From NCBI GenBank assembly GCA_040357565.1, contig JBDODJ010000002.1: a DNA stretch of 64,000 bases. The stretch is one strand, 5' to 3'. Source of the stretch: Cercozoa sp. M6MM (Eukaryota > Protista > Endomyxa: Ascetosporea). Each line of letters opens with the position of its first letter. Position 1 is the first letter of the stretch. The translations under genes were made by a program, and so were the position numbers. This document shows positions 13,737 through 26,344 of this stretch, piece after piece. Below the pieces are notes generated by a model that was not told the DNA's origin, did not search any database, and was given only the letters and a program-made list of their open reading frames with translations.

Positions 13737-16700
13737 ATGAAGTATATTAGAGATGTTACAGCTTTGCTGTTTGTTATCACGGCACTTTCTTCATTGATCG
13801 TGCTGTTGACCCGACCGCGCGGACTTGACTTCCCGCCAGAATTCGTGTCTGCGCGGATCGCTGGCCTCCAAGCAGATACTTTTGTACCACCGCCGTATGA
13901 GGCTTCTTTGCTCGCCGATCGCGTGGTTTTGCTGGTGGACACAGGTGTGATACTTTAGCTTGTTTTGAGTTGTACCAGGAAGTAAAGTTAAGCTTTGTTT
14001 AGGCGTGAATTCACTGTGGCGTTTCTTACCGCAATGGCGTCATTTGCAGAAACGCGGAGAACCTGCCATGTTCTTGAACTTTCACCGACTGCCGCAAGCA
14101 CTGAAGTCGGTAACCTTAAGGTTTTACTCCAGTTCAGCTTCTTCAGCTTTCGACTTTGCCAAAGACCAAGTTCTGTTTTGTTTTGCAGTGGCTTTCGGCA
14201 GGAGCACTCGGGAAACAAACAGTTTGGCTCGAAGCAGGCGCTATTCTTGCCAAAGTTTTTTCTCTTTTGCTGTGTTTTAATTATTTTGACTGTCCTTTTG
14301 TTAGTGGATAAAAGATGACGAACTCAGTGGCCACATGGATCGCAACTTCCGGAGGTACCAACTTTGTGTTTTTGCGAGATTCATTCAAAGTTTTTCTGTA
14401 GGGCAGTCGAATCCTACGACAGTGCAGTTGTTTTTCACAATCTTGCCATCGATGCGATGCTGCCCAATGGTCACAAGTAAGTTGTCGCAAGCTTCAATCA
14501 GTTTAAAACCTAAAGTAGAAACGATGCTTCCTCGTTTAATCTAGAGACCTCGAACACGCCTTGTTTTGGCCTTTGAAGCGCCGTTTTCTGCTTGATCAAG
14601 TCTACACATTTCCCGTTCAGGTATTTTTCACTCGAGATTCTAGCTTTCAAACAGAAAAATCGAAAAGATGTTTGTCGCAGTGGTTCAGCGTGGTGAAACC
14701 GATGAAAACCGAAGCGAAAGCGAACGCAGCAGCGACGAAACTTCTCGAATCGATTTGTTCCGCCGTAAGGAAGAGTTTTCTTTTGTTTATTTTGTACAGT
14801 TTAAGAATGTGTAGATTGTTTTCTGTCCAAATGTTATGATTCAACAACGTGACATCTTTCTTTGTGTCTTGTTTTGCAACGTTGTACATTGAAAGCAAAC
14901 TGTTGTAGTTTAGTTTTGTACTGTATTTGTGTTCAGTTGAAAGAAGCGTTGCCGGCACAAAGACTGAGCGAGAATGTGAATTTGGGAGTGCCTTCGACAC
15001 TCGCGTTGGAGGACTTGCGCCGATTGAATGCTTCGGTAGCTAGTCACAAGTCTTGTTCTTCATGCTGTTTAAAACTCAAATGAGGAACAGATTCAAACCG
15101 GCGCGACGCAGGAAATTCTCGTGCACGACTTTGTTTGCACTGCCTTAAGTACATTTTATGCCCCCCCCCCCCTCTTACCCATTTACGCCTTTACCTCACT
15201 TTACCCCCCCCCCACGACAGGTGCAGCGGCTAGAGAGTTGTTGCGAACGCGAAAGCTGCGCATGGGCTTGAAACACGATCGCGCGCCGTCGCATGTCGCT
15301 GTCAATCCGCGCTACATTGTGCGTTCCCTTCGACTTTCTCTTCTTTCCTGAGACAAAAGAGACTGTGCAGACTCGACTCGGCATGCTGTTAGACCCTCTA
15401 GCACCCGAGTTTGGACTTATTAACGCTGCTTTAAGTGTACTTGTTTCTTTGTGGCTACAAGGGGGTTAAAGCAACATAATTGCAGGGAAGAGTCGGCGGC
15501 AGCTTGGCCACTTTGACTCGGTTTTCACTGTCGGTTGTTGCCGGTGATCGGTACCACACTTCGATCACTGATCGATCATAGTGATCGATGGTACTTTTGA
15601 TGATGTGGTAGCGACGCAAGGGAGCAGGAGAAACGCGTGCTGGAAATAACGCGAAAACTGCGCGATCCGCGAAATTTCACGCAAAATGACGAAAAAAACG
15701 CGAAATTGTTCGAGTTTTTCATCGTTCAGGACGATGATAACAAGCTCGTTTTCGACAATCTTGCCGCACATCCACTGCTGGGTATTGCTTTACCCCTACC
15801 CTCACACTCCCTACCCTCTTTACCCCCCCCCCCCAGAGGAAAGAGGGAAACCGTGGATTGGTGGTCACGTGTTTCAGTCGTCGCTGGGACTGTTCACACA
15901 AGGTGACTCTTTTGTCCCCCTCCCCACCCCCTTTTACCCCACCCTCCCCTTTTACCCCACCCCCTTTTACCCCACCCCCCTTTTAACCCTCCCCTCTCAG
16001 GTGCCTTGACGTTGGCGCCGATGGCGACGTTGCAGGCGACGCGCGAAGCGACGAAACGCGCCGAACGCACGCGCGTGCGCAGCGAGTGTCACCGGCGCTA
16101 CGGCGACTTTTGGTTCGGCGACTCGTCGCAGAGTAGTTTAACCCCCCTGCCCTGCCCCCTACCCCCTACTCCCTACCCGCTTTCCCTACCCCTTACTCTA
16201 CCCTCTCCCCCTCCCTCCCCCAGGCGAGTGTCTCAAGTTGCTGGTATCGCGTCGTTTTGACAACGATCACCACAAGCAGAAACTCGACGATATCCAGACT
16301 GAGTAGTTTTTCCGGGCCCGCCCCCCCCTCGACTTACCTTTTACCCCCCCCCCCCCCCCAGACCGAAATTGCGACTGTTGCGAATGGCGACGATCGATGT
16401 GCCGCCGAATCAGTTCGGTGCCATCGGTACCCTTAACGAGGGTCGTTTGGACCAGGAGGAACGACAGGTACCCGGGTGGTTCCATGTCGCTGTCAAGGAC
16501 AAGTTCGTCGTTACGTCGCACTCGCTTCGCACTGGTAGCACGTGGGTGGGGGTAAAGGGGGGTTAAACTCATCGCATGTATCCCAGGCGCCGAAGCGACA
16601 GCGTTTTTCGAGTGTTCGCACCAAGTGGCACTGCTCTACAGTACCCCCGGGTCATCCCCAGTTCCCCCCCCCCCCCCCCATTATACCCCCCTCCAGCCAA

Positions 16701-16963
16701 GTGGAAAGCGCGGACGCTCGCAAACGACGCTGTCGAACGCGTTTTCAAAGATGCCGGCGTTCCTGTTCCTTCTGTAACTATACCTCCCTCCCGCCCCACC
16801 ATACCCCTACCTCCCCCCCCCTACATAGACGCTACTGGCGGCGTGTCTGCGCGACCGCGCGGTCGAGCCGGGCGGACGCAGGCGTCGGCGTGCCACTGAG
16901 GACAGCAGCGACGGCACGCCGCTGCACGGAGTGGCACCCGTTGCCTGGCACCTCTTCCGCTGA
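13737..16963 (+). CDS. Hypothetical type II membrane/secretory protein, possible SGNH-like esterase C-terminal part
   Basis: N-terminal signal anchor (VTALLFVITALSSLIVLLT); many short exons; FWFGDSS (GDS-like) and LANDAVERVFKDAGVP near the 3' end. Family call weak; may be two genes. Confidence 0.35.
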
Positions 16964-17239
16964 CTTTTCGTCGCATAGCCATTCTATGAAAGAATCAAAG
17001 ATTTACAAGCCGAATGTCCGTGTGACGTGGACAAACTTGAGCAAACTTAAGCAAAGCTCGTTCAGTTTTTTCGATTGGAAGGGGGCAAAGTCCGAGCGCT
17101 CTGGGACTTCGCCTGGCACGCGCATCGGGGACCCAGTTTTGCGAGTGTGGTGTCGTGTTTATTTTGAAACTGCAGTTCAGTTGGTGTCGTCAGATAGGTA
17201 GGGGCACAGTCAGGCAACCCACACGATACCATTGAAGCG

Positions 17240-17902
17240 ATGAAACTGCTGTCGCTGACCGCGCTGATTGCGGTGAGTTTCATTACGCTAGTATCCGCCT
17301 ACCCTGGGGTACCTCTGTTTCCGGTCCCTCGAGTTCCAATCGTTCCAAAAGTTGGAATTTACACGATCTTCTTATCTGAGAGCAGCGACAGGCAGCATAT
17401 GAGCAACCGCATTCGCCCATCCATCCTCAAGGGACCACACCGTCCCCAAGACCGAGCGGAGAGTTGCATAACCTTGTAAAATCGAATCTTTTTAATACGG
17501 TGCGCCCTTTTCTGTAAAGACACGACTGTGTGCTGTCGGTAGCAAGATGTGCCCAAACCGGCCCCGCAGTCCCTCCCACTCAGTCATATTGAATCTGCCA
17601 AGAAGACAAGTCAACTGACTAACCTCAACCCCACCAACAAATCTGCCATAGACAAGGCGTTCCGAGAGCATTCGAAGACTGGTCACGGTGGACTTCAAGT
17701 CGGTTATGTGGTACAGTTGAAAGAACAGAAATCTGCTGTAGTGTATATTAAAACACACAAGACAGTAAACTTACTTACGTTGAATTTAAGGGTTGTTTAC
17801 AGGTTTCCAAGTTTGATGCAATCATTGAGAGCATTCAAGACTCTGCAGAGAAAGAAGCTGCCAGACAGTACGCAATCGAGAAGTTGAGCACCTTAGAATA
17901 AC
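17240..17902 (+). CDS. Small secreted hypothetical protein
   Basis: Signal peptide MKLLSLTALIAVSFITLVSA followed by spliced exons ending ...AARQYAIEKLSTLE*. Confidence 0.5.
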
Positions 17903-18181
17903 TAAACGGAAGCCTGATCCGAACTGACTGGATCGTTCGTTCTGGAGACGCTCTAATTTACAGTGCTGGGGTGGGAGACTTTCGCTTGGGTTTAATGCAA
18001 TAAGCTTAGATTGTCGTATACACGTGCAGTCGCTCGATAATGGATCAGAGGCAGGTCGCCCTCCCAGTAAGACTCAGTCGATTGCACATACACATCTTTT
18101 ATGTACATAGGAGACACCTCACTTAAAGATAGCTTCTCCAGCGGGAAGTATCCCTGTCCACGACGGACTCGCTGAACACAA

Positions 18182-18868
18182 TTAGCGGCGTCCGCACCGG
18201 TGTCCGCCCAGCAGTATGGCCAGTACAGCTAAGGCCACGGCGACCGCAAGGCGTTCCAGGCCGCGTGAGCACTGATGCGAGGCCATCTCACACCCTGCCT
18301 GTGATTCCTCTGGTGTGCGCACATGACGCGAATCGAGTGTAAAATTTACTACTGACCGTGCTGGTGATATCGAAAATAACATCAATAGATAGTGGCTACA
18401 AAACATCCCCCCCCCTTGAATCACGCACTGAGCAGACAGTGTACTGTACGGGTACTGTAACAACTCTACCAAGTTTGCTGCTCCGATTCTGTTGGGAACG
18501 ACTTTTTTTACCTTGACTTTTTTGGCGGTTGTTTAGAATGTCGCAACAAACATACGCCTCCACACTCGCCGAAAACGGATTGAAAGACGTTAGCGGTGCA
18601 CTGATGAAGTCTGCTACCCACGACACCGGGCTCGAAAAGGGTGATTTTTTTTTCGCTGCGGACTGCATCAAATAAAACTCTAGGGGGGGGGGGGGGGGGT
18701 AAGGGGTAAAGGGGTAAAACTCTGAATATGTGTATACTTGCAGGTCTTAGCAGCTTTGGTGAAAGCCTTCGCGGTGGCATTAGCGACGCAGCTAGCAAGT
18801 TTGTGCTGGGTGCGATCGTCATCGCCTTGATTTGGGGAAGCTGTACGTCTTTTGCTTTCTTTCAGCAT
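18182..18868 (-). CDS. Small hypothetical protein with C-terminal hydrophobic segment
   Basis: MLKESKRR... exon, poly-C intron, last exon ending LAVAVALAVLAILLGGHRCGRR*. Confidence 0.3.
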
Positions 18869-19478
18869 GCTGAGTGTTTTGTTTTATTCCCTGCCGGCAG
18901 GTAAGTACCTTGAAATCAAGGACCGTCGAAATCGGCGGTCAGAAGACCGAAGTCACCGTACGCGTGACAGCGAGTAGCACTTGCATCCATCGACATCGAT
19001 CGATACTAGTCGATTATCACTGTATAAGTCTATGTTAGTTCCGTCAGTCTGAGAGCGCAGAACCCAAGACCGCCAGGTTGAGAGCAACCGAACGCAAAAG
19101 ACCCCGAGAAAAAGGGTTTGCAGGGGCTAAATACATAGGGTACCTGGGAACGGTGTTCTTACAGTAAACTTAGGCCTGCACACCCTGGTTTTGCGCAAAT
19201 CCCTGAGTTGGGTACCGTGACTGCAGCGGGGGCAAAAGAGGGCAAAGGGCGGGATCCAACCGTACGCCAGATACACCACACTTCTGAGTCAAAGATACCA
19301 TTCAGGCTCCAAACCAACCTTTACGATTCAAACAGAAGAAAAAGTAGAGCAGTACGGTGCAATTACTGCGTAATTACAAACCTTTTGTTCTCGGGGCATG
19401 TACCTAACTTATGACAACTAGTATATTGCGATGTAGCTGTGGGAACAACAGAAAAAACAGACGAGACGCGTTCGCGCC

Positions 19479-22400
19479 CTATTGCGAACGACTGGTTCCC
19501 TGCAGAGTTTCCGCGCGCATGTCTGTGTTTGGAGTCACAACGTCGAAGTCGCTCACGTTGCTGTAGGTGTCCGACTCGATTTTACTGTTAGTGGATTCTG
19601 ACAAAGACTCCGAAAACTCGCGGTGTCGTTGCAGACTGCTCGAGTCCGAAAGCGACAATGACAGGTCGGTTGCTGACGAAAACTGCGAGCTCGACACAGC
19701 CAAGTTGGCTACGTGAGGATTCAGCATAATGCGGCAGCTACACGAAGCGCAATGTTATCGAGAAATTTAAGAGCAGCTACACGAAGCGCAAAATATACAT
19801 CAGGCTGCTCTTAAATTTCTCGATCACTGTGTCCTGTGCATCACGATGAATAACAGAAACCCTTCCCCCTCCCCCACACCCTCCCCCGTGAAACGCAACA
19901 TACGAACAACCAGTGCAAAGTGTCTTTTTGCACGCACTGAACGGTTTCTAGCACGTCATTTGACAGCAACTGATCTAACTTGAGCTTGTTGTCTTCCAAG
20001 TCGCCAGTTGCAGCCTCGTAGCTAAATATCACAGTCGCTTCAAGGGAACACAGTTTAAAAGCGGTACTTCGCAAGCCAGCTTTCGATCTTTTCGCGCGTA
20101 TTTTTCGCAATAAAGAGCGGAAGCGACTGCGAAAAAGTATAGCACATGTGCTTTGCAACAGAAAAGAGTTAGTTTACGGGATCGACTGGTTCGGCAATTT
20201 CATGACACAGACCAAGCACCGTTTTTTCTAAGAAGGCAAATACGAACTGAAGGTGTGGTGTCGCGGGTTAAGAAGTGAAATCTCACCAAGCTCTTCATCC
20301 AAAGCGCTTGGGCTGCTGGTGTAGGATTCTGCGGCGGCACGCGCCGGCTCAATGATTGTGCGGTACTTATCACACGCGAGGTACAGATCAACAGCAGCAT
20401 CCCCACTTCATACCGTATCAAAGAACGTAAACTCAAAACAGTGGCAGGGAAAGTAGTTTGTAAGTTTATATTTACTTGTATTCGAGAAGCAAAAAGTAAC
20501 GAAGTGTCACTGCGGCAGTGCCTTCATGTCTGAATCAGTAGTGCATTGCTTTGCAAGAAAAGCAAATTATCTTTACACCCCAGAAAAAACCAATTACAGA
20601 AACTGCTCAAGCAGTTGAATGCGACGATCTCTTGAAAGCAGGTCACTCAAAATCTCGGAGACTGCATAAAACTAGGCTGAAACTGAAGCTGTGGATAGGG
20701 AACGAAATAGATGCAACAACAGTACGGGCGTGGCGCCATCGCTCTGTGGACAAGCGCTTGGCCTTCGACGCACGCGCACGGATAGTGCTTTGCCGCATGT
20801 CGTCGCTGGCCAAGCGACGAGGCGACACTTGGTCGTCCTCTTGGCGTTGAAACCTATCACCATTGCGTGTCATCAAAAGTAGCGTCCTGTAGAAAAAGTT
20901 CAAAGCAAAATCTACATGCGACTGAGTTGGCCAGACACTCTGTGCTTTCCTTTCAGCAGTTTCAAGTGCTGCTTTTGTATCTCCCTGTTCCCAGCAATTC
21001 AAAAACTCCCACAATCCGATAATTCCTCAGTTTGCAAAGCAGTTCGGTATACGCTGTGATGCGAGAGAAGGCGAGACGAAAGGCAAAGCGAATTTTGCGT
21101 GTGAACTGAGTCCTAAAAATCAAGAACTGGTGCTTGTAGGCACTAGAGGGGTACTTTGCGGTGGTTTACGGTGGCTTTGATTGCAAAGCGCTTTCGATCG
21201 CCGCCAAAAAATCAAAGTAGGCATCAATCGGAACTCCGTATTTGACGTGTGTTGTCGCAATCCTAATTGCGCGCTGTTTCAGCGTGTCAAAATCGTGCAT
21301 GGTCAGAACAGTGCTGGAGAGCATGTGCATAAACAGAGCGGCCCGGCGGCTAGACACTGCCACGGACTTCAAACTTCCAGAACCCTTGCGTCGCCTGAGA
21401 TTCACACAACGCACTGTGAGCACAGGCCCAAAGTCGGCGCGATGCTGAAACGCGTAGCACGTGAAGATCTCGGCATGCTCTGGATGTTGATTGAAAAAAT
21501 TCTGGTAAAGAAGCAAACCGATCTCGACTATCGAACATGATGTATTTTTGCATATTTGAATGACGAGAAACGGGTAATGAAGCACAAACTGAGCGAACAT
21601 ACGGCGTTGGCACTCAACGTGGTCAAACCTAAACTTAGTTCGCAAGCACGTGCGCATGCCAGAATCAGAAAGGAAACAAACTGTAAATTCTACCAGAACC
21701 CCTGCAACGTTGCCACCAGTTCGACTTCAAACGCGCTCAAAGTTTGCGACTTTGAGTCAGACTTTTGACTTATGGCGCTGGAACGGTGTCGTGATACAAT
21801 CGCCGGAAGTAACGTGAAAAATTAAGTTTAAGTTACTGAGAATAAAAAAGCTGTTTACCTAAACTTACTCAGGCGTCTTTGGCTGCGCGAACGAGCAAAG
21901 TACCTGTGCTCGAGGAGTCTACATATGCCAGGTTATTGCAAACGACAAATGACAAACAGTTAGAATTGAACTTGAACGTACTCAAAGATTTGGTTTCCCA
22001 AGTCGTCAATTGGCGGCACGGGTTTTCCAATGCATGCGTCGAATCCAGCTTTCATGTAAGAAGCTCTGTCCTCAGTGCTACAGTTTCCAGTGCACACGAT
22101 GCACACGCTTTTGTACTTGGCTTTTTGGGATTTTTCAAGTCGCCGTATTCTATCCTGCTGGGGGGGGGGGGTAGTGTGGATTCATAAAATTCAGCTAAGA
22201 ACGGTAGGAGGGAAAATAACGAACCAGGATAGCGATTCCGTCCCATACGCCTCCAGCACGCGACAAGTTAAAGTCGATAAAGTATATGCGCATGTCATGA
22301 ATCCTAAAACAAGAAGGTATTTTGAAAATCAGTTTAACTGAAACAATCAAGTATCAGCGGGAGTCTCTTGGTTTTTAACATCATTGTCTATTTTCAGTAT

Positions 22401-25031
22401 TTACCCGGGAGGTGACATTTCCTGCAGAACCTCTAGAGCACTTTCGCCGGTAGGAAATTGGTCTATCTTCCATTTCAGGTCGAACTTTTTCATCTACCAA
22501 ATGCGGGTGCTCAACGCACAGCAGTAGTATAATATACCCGTACCACAACTTGAATTTTCTTTGTCAATATTCGTCTGCATTGAGAGCGAAAATGTAGGTC
22601 ATCTACTACTGTAGCACAGTGACGTTTACTTTACCTGTTGGGTCCTTCGTCGTCAATTATCACCTAAATCAACGCAAGCAAGTTTCTTCAAGTCTAAACT
22701 AGCGTTGAACTGAAAGTAAAAATGTGGCGAATGTTGATATTACCAAGCTAACCTGTTTTCGAGAAGTCCACACGGCAACATAGCACAGTATTTAAACAGG
22801 AGAACAAAGGGGATGCAGGTCGGGTGTACTTGACGGAATTTGCTTCGATCAATTTGTGGCTCGCGTTCAGCAGTTGACAGTGTTACACCACTATGAAGAG
22901 GCAGTGTAAAGAGGTAAAACGCTGCGTTGTTGGCATAATATGCTACCGTCTCGACTCTGTTTCAGTTCGCACACGCACCGGTATTAAAAGCAAACATTCA
23001 CGTGGTCAACAAAGATGTCAGTCTGCTGGTTACACAATCAAGATATTTGATACAAGCATGAGCCGGATTTCTCTTCAACATCAGTGCCCTCACAGTGCTG
23101 CTTGTACAAGGTATCTGCATCTGGTGCGATTTCTGTTGGCATTGCTCTCCACCAGCTAAATTTACAGTCAACGCGCACAATACACACAGGCGCATGAATT
23201 TACAATCGCAAAATGCAGGATACGGGGACACGACGTCAATGACACCTCCCTGTCGCAAGAGATCGTGAACTCAGATTTTACAAACAAAGGGCCTGGCAAA
23301 TACGAGTGCAGTTGTCATTCTTTTGCTGATTAAAAGGCCAAGTCCGCTCCCACCGGTTCTTTTGATTCCAACGTTTTCAGTCTGTGTGTCTTCGCCGTGC
23401 AATTGTGCCCATTTGCCAAAGAGTTTTTTCACAGACTCAGGCGGGATTCCTGGGTAGTAAATTAAGCATGGCGGATGATGAACAAACGCAAAGGGGTTTC
23501 CATCAATTCCATTTTTAGTACACCTGTTCCAGAGTCGTAGACGCAAAACTGCAGGAAGTAGTTTTCGCCTAACTTTTCATTCTTGTTTGACAAGCCTGAG
23601 GGAGTTAGCGTTCTTGACTTCTCGAGAGATGAACCGACACCCACTTGTATCGCCACCTCGCTTTCTTTCTTAAAGATGGGGCGCTTCGTTAAAGTGGCTC
23701 GTAGAAGAACGAACCCTTTGTCTGTGAACTTTACTGCACTAAAAAAACACAAGTGCGGCGAATCTCCAACATTTTGCTACAAAAACATACTTACTGAGAA
23801 GATTGATCAGTATCTGCTTTAACAGTCGTTTATTTGAACGAAAGCAGTATGCTTCGACAGTGTCCGGTAGCTCTATCAAACTTCAAAATGATGACTCTAA
23901 CCAAAAAGTGTGCCGCAGAAACGCACCGAAAGCAATGTGAACGCCCGGTTTCGCCAGCCGACGTGGGATAGCACAGACTTCGCGAACGAAATCTACGATC
24001 AACTTAATGATGATAAATTCAAAATGGAGATTCCTGAGGCAGATGCGAACCCGAAATGTAAATATCATCAGTGGTGAGGTCCTTTTCATCAAGGTCCTCC
24101 AATTTCGCAACATCAAGAATGCCTACATACATACACTCAATTTCGCAACATTGAGAATGCAGACATACACACAGTACAGAAGTCAAACCATTGATGATGT
24201 CGAGTGTATGAAAGCAAGCGTGCAGAGCCTTTCACAAATAAAGTTACTCAAGTTATGGTTCACTACTTTTTGTGCGTAAGTACGCACGCGTGTGTACAGT
24301 GTACCTCATTGCTCTCATCAGCTATCTCTTCTACCTTCGTGGACAGTCGTTTTCGAACGCTAGAACGACAATCTTTTGGCTTCAGTGATCGAACCATTGC
24401 ACGCAAAGCGTAGGTGCTTTGAAGCGACATCTCAACACCTCTAAATATAAGTGCATAAAAATATCAACCGCCTGGGCCGGAGTGATATGTACCCCGATGC
24501 AGCGTTTAGTGGATTTCGAAGCTAATGAATGTTACAAACCACCATGCCCTAATTAATCAGCACAATGTTCACGGCGATACGGTAAATTTACCTCATGAAA
24601 GGTGAAACTGAGCATGTCTATTTGCACAATTTCAGAGAAACATGTGGCCAAAACGTGAGCAAAGAAAAGGTAAACTTACCTCTTTGTTGAGAAAGCAGGT
24701 CAGCGACACTGCGCTTTGCACGTATTGTCTGTCTTCGCACAAATGCGAAGACAACCAGAGCAACGAAGCCGATCCCACACAGAGAACCGACGCTCATAGC
24801 CCGCAAGGAAACTTCATTTAATGGCAAAAACGCAATCAAAGCGCAAACGGCAGCTACACTGACTTATACGCGAAAGTCAAGCAATGATCCAGCGAAAACG
24901 GAGCTTTATTTTTACCATGCCACAAAGCTGAAGCAAAACACAACATCCGCACGGGAAATACGACAAGTAGTCATAACCATGGCGACAGTCTTGCATGTGG
25001 AGGAGAGTTGCTCGTTGGTGGACTGACTCAT
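19479..25031 (-). CDS. Membrane hybrid histidine kinase: TM-HisKA-HATPase-receiver-globin-RGS
   Basis: Hand splicing: TM helices (about 24700-24870); H-box FTFHE|LRNPLNAASG; N-box KQILINLLSN|AVKFTDKG; G1 VYDSGTG; G2 GGSGLGLLISK; receiver VIIDDEGPNR...YFIDFNL...AGFDACIGKP; globin LLYQNFFNQHPEHAEIF...IATTHVKYGV; RGS-like LRYFLLLEYNGDAAVDLYLACDKYR...DTVIEKFKSS; Ser-rich tail. Start codon uncertain. Confidence 0.82.
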
Positions 25032-25196
25032 CCGCGCGGAACGGAACTCATCAAAACCAAACAGAAAATGTAAAGGCAACAGCCAACAAAAAAGGCTGCT
25101 TGGCTGTTGCTTTCACATATTAACACACAAACAAGCAAAGTGCAGTCGTGATAGCAGTAGCACACGCTAGCTCCTGTTTATCTGTTGTTCAAGCAA

Positions 25197-26200
25197 ATGT
25201 GGGATTCGCCTTGGGACCAACTGGAGCCGAGCCTGCAGCGACGACCGCTGGCTTTGGCGGTATTTGACACTTGGTCACTCCTCCCTTGTACCAAGCTTCT
25301 GCGTAGGCACGCGCTGCGTTGAAAAAGCGCGGTGCTGATTTGCCGCAGCTGCGGCAGGATGATGCGTGGCTGTGTGACGACTGGCACTTGCAAGTCGCAC
25401 AACGCGACTACATCACTAAGGAGGAGCTATCGAGGGTACGCATTTGTTGATCCAGTACGTTCTTCGAACTTTATTTTTGGGGTGCAGGCAATGCGGTGGA
25501 AGCTGCAGCGAGGCACCTTCCGACCGCGGTTGCAGACGCTTGTCGATTCCAGTTCCGAATCTGAGGTACTTTGCACGCTGGTCAAATCCAGCAAGTGGTG
25601 TTTCAAGTTGAGGATTGCCAGGTAAAAGAACACTCAAAAGCTGCCTTTGACGCAATGAGCAATTTTGGCGACAAAAGCGACAAAGAGCAAGAGAAACAAA
25701 TCCGCAGTGCCATTCAGGTCTCTCTGATCCTTATGTCCCATTGTTGTTTCTGGCTTCAAATATTCCGTTTCTTATCAGTCACTGAGTAAACTAAAAGGCG
25801 TGGGGGCAGCCACAGCGACTTTGATCCTGTGTTTTGCACTCGGCGGTCTGCACAGTGAGGACACAGAGAGCGCCAGTGTCGGGAGTCATGTGCCTTTCAT
25901 GTCGGACGAGGCCATGCAAGCATGCGCGCCGCTGAGTCCGAATGAACCCAAGAAACGCGTGCAGTACACTTTGGCTCACGCGATTCGCTTCTTTCGCGCT
26001 TGTCGTCAGCGCAGTCGACAATTGAACACGTAATTCTTACCTCGCTCATTTTGGTCGCCTGTTCCGCGCCTCGATTTTGCGTTCCTCGCAGAACCTCGGC
26101 CAAACTGGCAGAGGCGCTGTTCTGTGCGACCTATGCGCCAGCTGAAACTCCCAAAAACAGGTCACTGAAAGGTGCTGTGTCGTCCGCATCTGGAGCGGTG
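25197..26200 (+). CDS. Conserved uncharacterised HhH-motif (DNA glycosylase-like) protein
   Basis: YITKEELSR|AMRWKLQRGTFRPRLQTLVDS, HhH motif LKGVGAATATLIL, VPFMSDEAM. End approximate. Confidence 0.7.
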
Positions 26201-26344
26201 CCGCGCCGCTTGGTCCGGAAAAAAAGTAAAGCAGGAAGCCGATAAGTCTACAGATCAAAAAATGTTCTGTCAGTTTCTGGGAAAAGACTCGAACGTGGGG
26301 ACAAAAAAAAAGTTAACTCAGCTCGACGAAACACGCGTATTTAG

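Noticed and set aside
21166-21657. Stand-alone globin gene as suggested by the ORF track
   Set aside because: The ORF includes intron sequence and lacks helices A and H; these lie in flanking exons that splice in frame to the receiver and RGS regions.
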